From: Octopus vulgaris
Taxonomy: Eukaryota
Assembly: GCA_951406725.2 (NCBI GenBank)
Contig: OX597836.1
Span: forward strand, 50,282,001 to 50,346,000
DNA length: 64,000 nt
Reading direction: 5' to 3'
Each line of letters starts with the position of its first letter. Within the stretch, counting starts at the first letter, position 1. Below the pieces are notes generated by a model. It did no database searches and was not told where the DNA came from. It saw nothing but the letters and a program-made list of their open reading frames with translations. This document shows, in pieces, positions 1-13,508 of this stretch. The position numbers and the translations under genes were made by a program.

Positions 1-730
1 CTCTACAATTGTGTTGCTAAAGTTTCTCTTACCTAAATTCTCATCTTTCTTCGCTCTCTTCCAACTTTTGCACATTTATGAACCCAAAATTAGGGTCAGC
101 AGCCCCAAAACTCTCTTCACCATTTTACTAATTGAGTTGTGACTCTTTTTTTTTCTTTTTTGTCCGTTTGTTTATTTAAAAACAATTTTTAATAATTTTC
201 AAAATTGTTTCTAATCAACATCTAAAGTAATTATTGTATCTCGTTTGTTGATCAGGGTTATTTATTTCGATTTCCCCTATTAATACATTTGTTAAGCCCA
301 CCCCTCCCTTTCTACCAAGCAAACAAAAAATCCTGGTTGTTTATCTCCAGATCAGCTCAGATCGACCTGATCAAAGGCTTTCCATTTGTGACCACCTCTT
401 CTTTACTCTTTCTTTTTAATCGGACGTAGTCCTTTTGAGACAGCATACTTCAATTCGTGCCTGATTCAGTCTAAATCCACCCTTGTCACGGTTCGCAGTC
501 CTAGTTTTTCATGCGATTTATCTGGAAGGATAAACTCCAGTTTAAATTAATCGAAGATGCACTGTATGATTGAAATATAAATAACCCCCCCCCCCCCAAT
601 TCCCTGGGGGTCGAGGTGTTACAAACTAAACCCTATCCTCCCATTTTGTACTCCCGATCGCACCTTTTATCTCTTTAGTACGACCAGTAGAGCTGGCCTT
701 ATTTCCATTTTACTTTTACTTTTGATGCTG

Positions 731-903
731 GGTATTACTCGAGAACAGTGGTCCCGGTGCGCGCACTCGCGTTAGCTAGTCGTGACTAGTCGATCCTTTG
801 TTTAAAAAATTATTTACTTTGCTAGCTGGTCGTTGTACGATCGACTAGTCACGACTAGCTAGCGCGGATGCGCGCACCGTGACCACTGTTCTCGAGTAGT
901 ACC
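731..903. mobile_element. MITE with long TIRs and a 9-bp TSD (Mutator/foldback type)
   Basis: About 65-bp imperfect inverted repeats GGTATTACTCGAGAACAGTGGTC.../...GACCACTGTTCTCGAGTAGTACC, flanked by TTGATGCTG and TTGATGTTG. Confidence 0.8.
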
Positions 904-1051
904 TTGATGTTGTTTATTGCCAACAGCTTGGTCAGTGTTTCGTTGGTCGAATCCAGAGAAATCTCTCCGTTTCCACCGTTTCTCCTTGCTTTCTCATCTT
1001 CCTTCCTTGCTTTCTCTCTCTCTCATCGCCATGCGAGCAATAGAGCTTATA

Positions 1052-1064
1052 CCGGAAGTGACGT
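1052..1064 (+). promoter_or_regulatory. Overlapping ETS/CRE composite motif CCGGAAGTGACGT in a CpG-rich region
   Basis: Exact motif. A CGCCAT (YY1-like core) lies at 1027-1032 and CTTCCGG at about 2020. CpG is visibly denser in 400-2200 than in the gene body. Confidence 0.5.
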
Positions 1065-2370
1065 AGCTAATGTTTAGATTCCACCCAACAACACCCGCCA
1101 TAAATCTCCCTCATCCAACATCACAAATACAAATTGGAGCTGATCGATGGATCTCTTCTTTGCAATGGTTTTTATTGTTGTTATTCGATAACTATTGATT
1201 GGGGTCTCACGTCAGTGTTGATAGAGCAACCCTATGGTCAAAAGACGTTCCTGTCGAGACCACCACGTCTTTTATTCACAGTATATACCTAAGACTAGAA
1301 ATGTCCGATATGATGGTAAAAAGAGAGAGAGAGAGGCGGAGATTGATAAGTTTATAAGTAAATTAATCATCTGGTCTTTAATAAACAGAGAAAGAGGATG
1401 AAAAAATAGCAACTACAATGTTTAGTTTACGAGTTGAATAATTTCGTTTTTCTAATAAACTTGCACGACTGAAATATTGGCTGTCCAGTTTGGATTCGGT
1501 GCAGGACGAGTTGAAACGCTCTTTGATTCACTTGTGCCATATTTGATGCCAACAAGAACTTCGGTTTAGACGTAGAAAGTTCTTCTTTTCAGCTTCGTTT
1601 GTGGTGGTGCCGTTAACGCTCATCGTTTGGGTTGTTTGCGGGCGCCTGGAAGTAGCAGACCAGACCCCCTTTTTTTTTTTTTTTTTTTCAAGTAGAGTTC
1701 CGCACTTTTGAACACCAAGATAGAAGTGGCTGTTTATATGTCACACAAGCTCGCTCGCATACATACACAAGCTGTTTAATTTTATAAATAGCTTAATTGT
1801 GGCCGTCGCAACACCTAACAAGTAAGGGTGACGATATGAAGTGAATTTCGAGTGCCTTAGGTCAGTTACAGTAAGGGTGGCGCTTCTCTGTGTGTTCATC
1901 GAAGCTAGAATAGTTGTGGCAGTAGTAGAAGTGGCTGGGAACACGGCGTGACCCTCTGTTGGTTGTCCATAGCAGATTGCTGATTAAACCATTGCTAATC
2001 GTCCCGGTTGAGTTTATTTCTTCCGGTCGGTGTCGCAAAAATATTTCGGTAAGGTCTATTGCGAAACAACTAGAAAAAACATTCTATGGTTTGAAAGAAT
2101 CAAAAGTGTGCGTGCAAAGGGAAAATGTTTACGTTATTCGTCATTTGTCTAATAAAAGCCTCCAATATCACCCCGTAGTCTATATATCTCGTGATTGTAT
2201 TTTGTCACTTTCTTCCTTTAAAACCAAATGAAAACCTATCAAATTTGCTATCTTTTCTCTGAACGTTACTTTTTCATCACAAGCAACATATGCCATTATT
2301 TTAATGTGTGCAGGTTTTCAAATACTGCTCTATTTTTTTTTAGCAATATGCGAGTGTTTATCGCTCTCTC

Positions 2371-2423
<53 letters not shown>

Positions 2424-4796
2424 GGTTATTCAAATGGTGTCCTTTACTGGTTACTGCATAAGTATGTTGAACTTTTGTTATTCATCAAATGAGACGATTA
2501 TCCCCTTACTTGGAAACATATGGGTTTAGCGACAAAGAGGATATCTGGCTGTAGAAAACCTACCTCGACAAATTCCATCTGACCCATGCAAGCATGAAAA
2601 GGTGGACGTTAAAACGATACGAGTATTAAGTGGTTTAGCACAAGCAATCTTGTGTGCCTGATGATAGTTTGTGTTTGTATAAAGAATTGTATTTGTTTGG
2701 CCAAATGATGTTATCTGGGCTTGAGTTAACTAAGACAATAATTGTATTGAGGGTCATAATGGAATTAAAGGCACACAAACATCAGAATGTTCTCCACTAG
2801 GAAGTATACCATAAAGTTGAAAAAAATGAATACAAAAGACCATGTGTTTTTGATGGCTACAATGACTCTACCAAGGAGCAGTGGCTTGCATATCATCATC
2901 ATCGTTTTAACGTTCACTTTCCCATGCTTGCATGGGTCAGAGAATTTGTTGAGGCAGATTTCATTTAGCTGGAAGCTCTTCCTGTTGCCAACCCTCATTT
3001 GTTTCCAAGGCATAGTTTTCACAGGAGACTGGAAACAAAGGCTATCTTGTTGATCAACATTTACAAGGGCCACATTAAGACACCTGTGTCTGTTCCTCTG
3101 GCCTAATGTAGCCTCTCAATGGAGGGTCTTTTCTCTTGCAAGTTACTTACCAAGCTCACTGATATTCATGTTACAAAAACCACCTGGTACTCAGTACTCT
3201 CTGTAAAGAGGTTGGTGTTGGGAGGGGCATCCAGCTATAGAAACCCTGCCAAAACAGACATTTGAGCTTGATGCAATGTCCTCGCTTGTTGGATCCTGTC
3301 AAATTGTTAAACCCATGTCAGCATGGAAGAATGTCATTGAGGTATGTGTATATGTATACTTGACAAACTTCCTCCAGTTTTCCCCTACCAAATCCCCTCA
3401 TAAGGTTTTGGTTGACCCAGGGTTGTAGAAAGCTCTTGCCCATGGTGCCACACAGTGGAATTGAACCCAGAGCCATGTGGTTGGGAAGTACATGTTTTAA
3501 ATCACACAGCATGGGCACACACTCATGCATTCTTGCTTCCCTCGATTTGTAATTTGTGATTTTCTTTCCTCTAACAGTTCTCGGCTTATTAATTCTGACA
3601 ATTTCTTTGAGCTCCTCTGTTTCTTTCTAATTCACTCATAAGAATCACTCAACCGTAAACATTAACAGTTCCACTCTCAGGAAATTATTGAAATTGTAAC
3701 ATGTTGTAGACTCGTTTACCCTGGAATTCATTACACTTATTATGAACAGTTATATCCTGCACGTTGTCTCTCATAAGGTACCACCAGCAACACTATGTCT
3801 GTGTTGTTGTTTAGCCTTCACTGAATCAGTGTTCAAAGACATTCCAACTGGGGTCTGTTTTTTTTTGCCTTTTCAGTAAAGGACTAGACTACTCAGTGCA
3901 TCTTTCCTTTTCATTTTCAAAAACATTATGATGCAATTCAAGAGAGATCTGGCTGCTATTTCTATCACATTGAGCAACCATGTAACATCTTGTCTCAGCC
4001 TTGCTATAGCAAACCTACGGTCAACGGTGTTCTTGTTATTATCCCATCTATTCAGGCACAGTGTACCTAGCAATATACCGTCTTCTTTTACTTATTCAGA
4101 CATTGGACTGCAGCCATGCTGGTGCAGTTGAACAAATTGCCCCTGCACATCACATCTCGTTATATTGTAATGAACGGTAGAATTTGTCGAAGATTGACCC
4201 AAAAGTCTTTTACAAAAACAAAACAAAAAAACCTATTTGGTTGGTCATATGTGGGTTCATGCTCAACAGTCTTTTCTTTTGTTTTCTAACCTCATCTCCA
4301 GTTTGACATAGCAGACAGATCTATGATCTAAGACACTCCAGTAGTGACCTCCATCTTTTTTTACCCTGTAGAGTCCTCAGGGTCTGCAATACTGATGATG
4401 TCATCAGAATTGGTCATGGAATATCTCTAGGTTTTTAGATTTTGACGCATGAAATTGTAGGTTTATAAACCGTTGAGCACAACAAGGCAGCAGACATCCT
4501 GGTCCTTTGCCATCTTGCCTGAAAGTTTCAGCATCCTGAGGTCGTCCTTCAGTACTTCATCCTGATCAATGACCTCAGCATCCTGAGGTCATTAAGTTTT
4601 TAAAAATCCTTTTATATTTTTATTGTTAAATATTCGGAATTGTATAAGAATAATTGTTAAAATGTTTTGTGTATTGTAGAAATGTACCCGAATTATTGCA
4701 CAAAGAAAATCTTATATGGACCCCAGTTGAGAATGACTGACTTAACCCAACATAGCATAGACAAACAGGCATAAAAATTAACTCTATATATATGTA

Positions 4797-4837
<41 letters not shown>

Positions 4838-5000
4838 CCACTACACTCACGGAGTGGTTGGCGTTAGGAAGGGCATCCAGCTGTAGTAACATTGCCAGAT
4901 AAGACTGGAGACTGGTGCAGACTTCTGGGTTCCCAGATCCCCGGTCGAACCGTCCAACCCATGCTAGCATGGAGAACGGACGTTAAATGATGATGATGAT

Positions 5001-5703
5001 ATATATATATATAAAACTGAGAATGTCTGTCTGTGTGTTTCCCTAAAACTTGAGAACTATCCAACCAATTTCATTCAAATTTTACACATGCCTTACTTAG
5101 GATCCATGTAGTTTCATGGGCAAAAAAAAAATGTTCAACTTCTTGCCTAGAGTGAGCCCATAGCAATATCATATCTTCACTATTTCAGTATTACGTGTTA
5201 AAAGTGAAACAAAAACGTTTCTCTATTTTATGTCAGATACTTTCACTTTAACAATAAAAATAATAATAACAATTGAATTATATGTAGTAAGTAATAATTA
5301 AAATCAAACTAAAGTATAATATAATCGTAACATAACAAAAGTAAAAATAGCAATTGGTATAAAATTGCATCAATGACTTGAACTTGAATAAGTGGTTTCA
5401 CATGAATGGGAATAAAATAAAAATAAAATTTAAGTGCAGAAATGGAATAGTCCAGATGGATAATAAAAAATTAAATTAAAGAAAAGACTATTGTCTATAA
5501 AGTATACAATGTAGAGAAAAAAGAAGAGCTAACAATTCCAGTCTGTTATATATTTTGAGTATTGTTATCACTAGCGATATCAAGATATAACTTTGTATTT
5601 TGCATTTTATGTGTAGATGTATATATATAGATGTACATGTAATATGTACACATATATACATGCACTAGCACTATGACCTGGCAACGACGGGTCTTTAATG
5701 CTA

Positions 5704-5704
<1 letters not shown>
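5001..5704 (+). mobile_element. Non-autonomous Helitron-like element
   Basis: Starts (TA)n-ATAAAACTGAGAATGTCTGTCTGT. Ends with subterminal hairpin GACCTGGCAACGACGGGTC and CTAG followed by T. Confidence 0.6.
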
Positions 5705-5747
<43 letters not shown>

Positions 5748-6276
5748 GTACATATATATATATATACGTACACACAGCCATGTGTATAGCTATAACAACC
5801 TAAACTTGTGTGGAAATTGTCTTTGCTGCTCCTCGTTTGAAATTGTCTGACAAGAATTATGTTGTCATATTCACATTTCAAGTGGACATCACATCTGACA
5901 GCTCTGCATTGGGAAAATGGCAAACTTTTTTCTTTTTTTTCTTTTTGTTACCAGCTTCAATTATTTTGTCTTGTTCTTCATTTCTGTAGTTATACCCACA
6001 CACATACATTTTACCTTTCTCTAAAATCTTCATCATCATCATCGTTTAACATCCATTTTCCATGCTGGAATGGGTTGGACAGTTTGGGGACTAGCAAGCC
6101 AGGAGGCCGCACCAGGCTGCAAACCATGGAAGTAAGAGCCCTCTTGATAAAAATTAGGGAGCCTGATGCATTGAGCAATTTATCTAACAAGAAGGATGAT
6201 TTGTATTAGATGTGCTTGTTTCTGTTTATTGTTGTTGGCATCAGGCTGATCAATCATTGCTCTCTTGTTCCAACAG

Positions 6277-6345
6277 GACCATGCTGCCTCAGTTGACCTC
6301 CTCAAATCCTTACAGGATTTACCTATGACTCTTGATGTGCTCCAG
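6277..6345 (+). CDS. TCEA1: TFIIS/TCEA coding exon (N-terminal domain I): DHAASVDLLKSLQDLPMTLDVLQ
   Basis: Acceptor ttccaacag|, donor |gtgagt, 69 nt, phase 0-0. Resembles TFIIS 'ALDLLKELKNIPMTLELLQ' and joins in frame to KTRIG in the next exon. Confidence 0.9.
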
Positions 6346-9300
6346 GTGAGTCTCTTTCATTCCATTCACTAGACCAGCCTCTTTCGGTGTGTGTTTTTGT
6401 AGCCTATGTGGTTGAAAGTTTGTTTCACAATCAAATGGTTTTGGGTTCAGTCCCACTCCATAGCACTGGGGGCAGGCTAACCAATGACTTGAGTGTGAAA
6501 TAGGGTTGATAAAACCCTAACCCGAAGCCCATGCTTTGTATATTTCTCATCGTCTTTGTTGTTTTGACATTTACTTTTCTATGCTGGCATAGTTGTCCAT
6601 CCTGTTGCCAACCATCACCTCTTTCCAAATAGGGTAATGTTTCCGCATGGCCAGACATGTTTTTGCAAAACATTGGCGATGAATGGCATTCATTTACAAC
6701 TGTCACTTGATGTAAAGGCAAAGACACATGAACATGCATACACACACACACATTGGCCTTCTTTTAGTTTTCATCTACTAAATTCGCTTTAGTCAGCCGA
6801 GGACTGTTGTAGAAGATACTTGGCAAAGGTGCCACACAGCCATGTCTGATACATGCACACGTGTGTGTGTGTGTGTGTGTGCATCACTTTACATCAAGAG
6901 ATAACTGTTTGGTGAATAGAGATTGATGGGTAACAATTTGAAATAAACACTGGAGTTGGTCATGATAGATTGAAACCTTTTATGATGGTGCCCCAGCAAG
7001 GCCACGGTTGACTGATCGAATGAATAAAAGAATGTCTGGAAATGGTCGACACTATAATGTGTGGTTGGGAAGGAGTGGTTAGCATGCCCCTCTCCTTAGC
7101 TAAGCTCCCTTTCTGTCACCACTACCATCCTCTAAAGATGCAGTTCTACTTTCACAGAACTTTGTGCTGGGATTCAACAAAATCCAAACCATTTTAGATA
7201 CAGACTGTCTGGCCGAATAGTTCTTGACCATTTTAATACCCAAGTCAGGTCCCAAGCTAGGATTTTTGTAGGGGTTTACTCACCAGAAAAGTAAAAACAC
7301 AAGTCATTTAAAGGGAAAATTATTGTACCTACAGAGGGAAGATGGTTTGTGAGCTTGATTGATCTAGTCATTAGTCTAGAAATAAACAATCATTGAAATC
7401 TCAAAGCTATGAGATAATGCAGGATTAATTCAAGACGATATAAATGAATACACATCAGATTTGACGGATTAACATGGATGCTAAAAGGTTTAGATATTTA
7501 ATCTGCATATGGGGAATGCAACATAGGTGCCATATAAAGCGAACATCACGTGATAAATCCCCAAAAGATATTGTCTCACAAATTGTGGACTACAGATTCG
7601 TCCTCCTCCGCATCATCATCACATGCCCACTTTTCCATGCTGGCATGGGTCAGATGGAATTTGTTGAGGCAGATTTTCCACAGCTGAATACCAGTCCTGT
7701 TACCAACCCTCACCTATTTCCAAATAAGGTAATGTTTCCACATGGCCAGACATGTTTCATATCTAAGAATGGGAACAAACATCACTTGTAATGGCTGTGA
7801 TGCTCATTTAGAATCATCTCACCAAGTCAAGACAAGGCCATACGCACACACACACATGGGCTTCTTTCAGTTTCTCAGAAAACATGATAAAAAAAAAAGG
7901 TTGAAGCTGTCTTTTTCCCACCTGACTGTCACGCTGCTACCATCTATTTAGGATATTGCCAATCTCGATCACCAGATCCTGGGTTCAATCCCCAGGCTGA
8001 GCAGCATGTTGTGTTCTTGAGCAAAACGCTCCATTTCACACCACTTCAGTGTTGTGGGGGAACCAGCATGTCAAAAGAATAAACCCAGCATTTCCTCTGT
8101 GTTGTAAAAGACTAGAGAGAGCGGTTCAGGCTGGACTTGTACTCTGACCCTCACCAGCCACAGCAGACGGACCGATAGGTCGGAGGGTTGTCACTGCCAT
8201 GATTAGTAAGGAATCAACAACAAATGGTGGATGCAGCTGTTACAGCACATGCGATTGCTACAATATATCTTTGGTGCTTCGACAATTACAGCTCAGCTGG
8301 TCTAAAGAAAGGGAATTTGGCAGATTCATTCAAATGGCATCAACTAAAAAACAATTGAACTAATTTGTTTTCCTGTGAAAGTTTGGAAATGCAAACCATG
8401 GAAAATATCTTATTTAACAAAATAATTGACTGGTAACGTTTATCGTCACCTCAACATGGCTGTTCCATAGCGATTTTCTAACTGGCTGATTGGCTTGTTG
8501 CAAAAATTGATCGTTTCATGAGGGAAAAAAAAAAAAACAGGATATAAACTGAGACAAATGGATTGTAGGATGTAGCGCTATAACAAAAGCAACTGGCACT
8601 CAAACACAAGGGTTTTGTTAAAGTCTTTGAGTAATCACTACAATCTGGCTGGTTTTATGTAAATTTGGGTTCTTGTTTTTGGATAGACTTTGCAACATAT
8701 TTACATACACGAATTAAATTTGGAATAATTTTCTTGTGACAAACTCTGAATTGCAGAAAGAACAGTTGGCACATTTTACCAATCTTGAACTTTGATTATC
8801 AGACTGATGAAAAAAAGAAGAATTTTTTTTTTTATCTCAACCAATATAAGCTGAAGATAAACTGGTATTTGTCATCATAGGAATTGTTAAAGAACTCAGC
8901 TGTCCAACAAATTACTTTTGACATTTCCCTGATTTTGAGAAATGATTTTTCAAGAATCTGAGCTGCATTTTGAAGTTGACATCCACATTGATATTCAGAA
9001 ATCATCTTTGCTTCTTGTTAGAATCTCTGAAATTCTAATAAGCTACAGAGAGGATTTCTTTTCATCAGATTTGAAAAGGAAAAAATAATTATTGGCTACA
9101 AAATTTATTGACAGTTAATTAAAAGCCAACAGGATTTCTGGCAGTTGATGATAAAAGTTTATTTAAAATCACTTCAGATCCTCACTTAAAAGTTGCAATT
9201 TGAAGGAATTATGGTGAAGTTGTGCTGCTACTATGTATTAGAATATGCTGCCTCAAGTTCTATTGTTTTTGGATGTAGCTTTCTTGAACGGGTCAGCACG

Positions 9301-9513
9301 AAAACTATAGATTGCAACACATTTGATCCAGGAATGTGGATTCAATTATCCAGAATTAATGTCTTTTTGCTTTTTTTATAAGTAAATTCTTTCTGTTAAA
9401 CAGTTTTTGTTTCGTTTAATATCTTAAAATATGGCATGGGCTCTGTAGGCATCGAGAAAGCTATTGTACTGCAAATTATCAAGAGATATTCACTGCTGCC
9501 CATCATTTTCCAG

Positions 9514-9640
9514 AAAACCAGAATTGGAATGACAGTAAATAACTTCCGTAAGTCCAGTAATGCGGATGAGGTGATCAGTCTGTCGAAGGCGTTGATTAAG
9601 AGTTGGAAGAAACTCTTGCCAGGAGAAAGCACAAATTCCA
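9514..9640 (+). CDS. TCEA1: TFIIS exon: KTRIGMTVNNFRKSSNADEVISLSKALIKSWKKLLPGESTNS
   Basis: ttttccag| ... |gtgagt. Contains the TFIIS N-domain (LW) motif TRIG...LIKSWKKL. Phase 0-1. Confidence 0.95.
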
Positions 9641-9780
9641 GTGAGTAACGGCATTTCCCTCTGTTCTGGTTGTTGTTGTTGTTGGTGTCATGCTGTTGCC
9701 TTGTTAAATATGTGTTGTTTCAGAATCTCTTAAATCGTTTCTTCTTTTTTTTCTTTCTCCTCTTCTTGTTTGACCTCCAG

Positions 9781-9993
9781 AATCATCATCATCACAGTCT
9801 TCTGCTAGAAGCAACAGCATCAACAAAACAGATGAATCTTCACGTGACAGCACGGACAGTAATTCTCATGATGTGAGCAAGAAACTGGAAGGCGATGCCA
9901 AAGGGGGCCAGTCTGGCACTAAACTAAATGACACAAGTGACCCTATACGTCTCAAATGCCGGGAGCTTCTCTTCAATGCTTTAAAAGTAGACA
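9781..9993 (+). CDS. TCEA1: TFIIS exon: Ser-rich linker and start of domain II (TSDPIRLKCRELLFNALKVD)
   Basis: Polypyrimidine tract plus cctccag|, donor |gtgagt. 213 nt, phase 1-1, open in frame. Confidence 0.92.
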
Positions 9994-10556
9994 GTGAGTG
10001 GCGTTTGGCTGTTCTTTCTGCTTTGTTCTCTCACTCACGGGTGTGGCTGTGTGCTTAAGAAGCTTGCTTCCCAGCCATGTGTTCTCAGGTTCTGTCCCAC
10101 TATGCTTCTGTGGCCAGATTCCCTTCCCAATGTCAACCGCTTTACAGAACGTACTGAATGCTTTTAATGAGGTACCAGCACAGGTGTTTTATATGTGGCT
10201 CCAGCATGGGTGCTTTTCTGTGCACCAACGCAGGTACTTTCTTCATGACACTGAAACGAATGCTTTTGACATAGCCCCCAGCATTCACAAACTGGCTGAC
10301 GGGGGAGGGGGATGTGTGTGTGTGAGTATTGTAGGTGTGAAACTTCAATGTTATTATTGACTCCTGCTCAAGTTTTTCTCCGCAAATAGTCTTCAGGTAA
10401 AGATTGTAACTCAGTGTAGTAGAAAATTCGTTATATTGAATTATTCAATTTAAATTATAAAGACAAACTCTTGTTGATCTAATTGGCAAGCTTTCTCTCA
10501 CCTTTCACAGACAATGTTCTCCAGTCTATTCTGTTGAGGCTACAATAAATTTCTGC

Positions 10557-10775
10557 TAAGGCGGCAAGCTAGCAGAAACGTTAGCATGCCGCGCGAAATG
10601 CTTAGCGGCATTTCATCTGTCTATACATTCTGAGTTCAAATTCCTCCATGGTCAACTTTGCCTTTCATCCTTTTGGGGTCAATTAAATAAGTACCAGTTA
10701 CGCTCTGGGGTTGATGTAATCGACTTAAACCCTTTGTCTATCCTTGTTTAGCCCCCTGTGGGCAATAAATAAATT
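10557..10775 (+). mobile_element. tRNA-derived SINE; related copies at about 13655, 30150, 40385 and 41935
   Basis: B-box GAGTTCAAATTCC followed by conserved core CTTTGCCTTTCATCCTTTTGGGGTC...AAGTACCAG, recurring in the window. Confidence 0.7.
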
Positions 10776-10808
10776 CCTGCTACACTAATTGCTAAACTTT
10801 ATTTTCAG

Positions 10809-10862
10809 ATCCCCCTCCTGGTGTCAAACCAATGCCACAAATTGCTTCAGAAATTGAAGATT
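10809..10862 (+). CDS. TCEA1: TFIIS exon: NPPPGVKPMPQIASEIED
   Basis: attttcag| acceptor, followed directly by the U12 donor ATATCCTTT. 54 nt, phase 1-1. Confidence 0.88.
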
Positions 10863-11184
<322 letters not shown>

Positions 11185-11339
11185 CTATCTACCAAGAATT
11201 CCGAAACACTGACATGAAGTATAAAAATCGTGTTCGAAGTCGTGTGGCCAATTTAAAGGATCCAAAGAATCCTCAATTGCGGGAAAGTGTGTTGCAGGGC
11301 ATCATTGATCCCTGTCGAATGGCTGGAATGACCGCTGAG
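11185..11339 (+). CDS. TCEA1: TFIIS exon, domain II: (S)[51 protein letters not shown]
   Basis: Contains the hallmark [19 protein letters not shown] motif. Donor |gtaac at 11340. Confidence 0.95.
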
Positions 11340-11769
11340 GTAACAACAGTATTCTTTCTAATTCTTCACAACCGTTTCCTGTCTTATTTCTTGACTCTTT
11401 TCTAAATCCTGAGGAATCGTTTACCTTTTCCTCCTCAACAATAGGAAACCTGTTCTTCGGCAGCCTTTTTTTCTTTGTTTCTTCCATACTTTACCCTTCT
11501 CAACTCCTTTATTCTCCTAGCATACAAGTTGTCCCCTAGTGCTGATGACATTTAAAAAAAAAAGAAAAGAAAAAGAAACACCAGTACTCTCTGTGAAGTG
11601 ATTGGCATTAAGAATGGTATCCATCCCTTGAAACTATGCCAGAGCAGAGAGTGGAGCCAGATGCAATCTTTGAGCCCATCAGACCCTATCAAACCATCTC
11701 AGCATGAAACAAGGGCATTAAATGATGGTGAGAATTCCAAGAATTCTACAAGCTGGGGGACAGATTGTG

Positions 11770-12720
11770 GTACATGGAGCATTCTTGATATTAGACATAA
11801 TTAAAGTGCTCACATTGGGATAGAAAAGAAAAACAAAGCCATTGACAGAGCTTGAACAAGATACTTATATTTACCTGTGTGTGCATTGCACCCCTAATAT
11901 GCTGTTAAATCTTGCTGCAAAATATTTTTTTCCTCTCATAGTTTTAGTTTTGCTCTGTTTATAACCCCCCCCCGTTTTTTTCTGAATTAACCAACTATAA
12001 GATAATACAACTCCTACACAAGTAAATACTATATCTTCATCTGGCTGTGCAATCACGATACTGATTAGACAACAGAACACTTGCTCTTCCAGATGTGTGT
12101 AGGATACTTTAGCTGTACAATTTTCTCTGTCACTTCGTTCTACCCGAATAGGTTATTTCTTCTACTGTCCATCATATTTGCTGTCCTATCTCATTTCTGT
12201 ATCTGCATTGAAAATAACCTCCATCTTAGCTGTGAATTGCATAACAATCAAGTTCTGAAATTGGATACTGTATGTTGTGGAGTCTGAATTGATATATTCT
12301 GATGACATATCCTGATACGATCTTCAGTTTTGCTAAAAAGACAACAGCTGAAAGCTGTTTTTGTAATCAGATCTGCTTGGTCAGGTTTGAACAGAAGCTA
12401 ATCTACAACATGGTATTGAAACAATATATGACCATTCCAAAGACAAATGTGGGTTTCTTCCAAGAAACACAACAGAAGACTGGTGGATGATCCCAAAGTC
12501 TAACCGAAAATCAAGTATGAATTTTAACCTGAAAGAAAAAGCTTGTAAAAAAATTTGTTCTAATTTTGGGTGTGAAGAGGATTATGGATTATGTTTGAGA
12601 AAGATGAAAGATTTTGAAGTTTATTTTCCATCCTAATTAATTAAGAAAAAAGTTAATTGAAACTTTGTTGTAAATTCAAATAATTATTTTGTGGGTCTTA
12701 AATTTGAATTGTTAGCAGTA
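11770..12720 (-). mobile_element. Degraded hAT-like transposase remnant
   Basis: Minus-strand peptide ...ILGVQCTHR resembles the hAT CxxH motif. Many stops. Confidence 0.3.
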
Positions 12721-13361
12721 TGAAGTGGTCAAATTTTGACTTCCTCAGCGGAAGAAAAGCAGTGCTTCGGGCATTACAAGGCCTCTCTGATTGAGAGGTG
12801 GGGTGAGAGAGGAGAAAGATAAAACCAGGACTTCTGGAATATCTGCAGACTGGAAGCAACAGAGTGGAGAGTGATCAAAGCACACCTGTGCACTTTCAAA
12901 TAGCCAAGTGGTAGTGTTATTGCTAAGGGTGCATTAAGTACAACGCTGTGTTTACAATTCAAACATGAGAAGAGTTCTGCTAATGGTGCATTTCCAAGTT
13001 GTTGCTTCTATCTGTAGAAATGTTACTTGATGCGATGCTCAATGGTTGAAGGGGAATAAACGTCTCGACAATAACTCGGAGCCTTTTACCTGAATTCTCA
13101 GGTCAGCTCACTCAATGCAGCACTGTGCACTTTGCCTGGCTCTCAGGGGAGTCAGTGCTGAAGCTTTGGACAATGTTTACCTGTGGTGGACAGACATCCA
13201 GTTCCATGGATATAAATTATGCCTCATCCTCTAAATTCCATACGAATCACAGACGTTTTTTTCTTCTCTCTTTCTCATTTGTTTCATTCCATTCAGCAGG
13301 GAAAACCAGTCCTTTATATTAAGTTTACAACTCTAACTCAGTATAAATGTTTCTTGTGCAG

Positions 13362-13508
13362 GAGATGGCCAGTGACGCTATGAAGTTATTGCGGAGCAAA
13401 TTAACCAAAGAAGCCATTAATGAACATCAGATGGCTCAGACAACTGGAAGTGTCACTGATCTCATTAAATGTGGCAAGTGTAAGAAGACAAACTGTACAT
13501 ACAACCAG
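13362..13508 (+). CDS. TCEA1: TFIIS exon: [49 protein letters not shown]
   Basis: tgtgcag| ... |gtatgt, 147 nt. EMAS motif and first CxxC of the zinc ribbon. Confidence 0.96.

Noticed and set aside
4381-4430. Peptide DDVIRIG resembling the TFIIS N-terminus
   Set aside because: No ATG, the similarity stops immediately, and it lies at the edge of an old SINE-like repeat.
8330-9440. Possible degraded hAT transposase in a TFIIS intron (similar hint at 27380-28080)
   Set aside because: Only a vague motif resemblance. It cannot be supported without a profile search.
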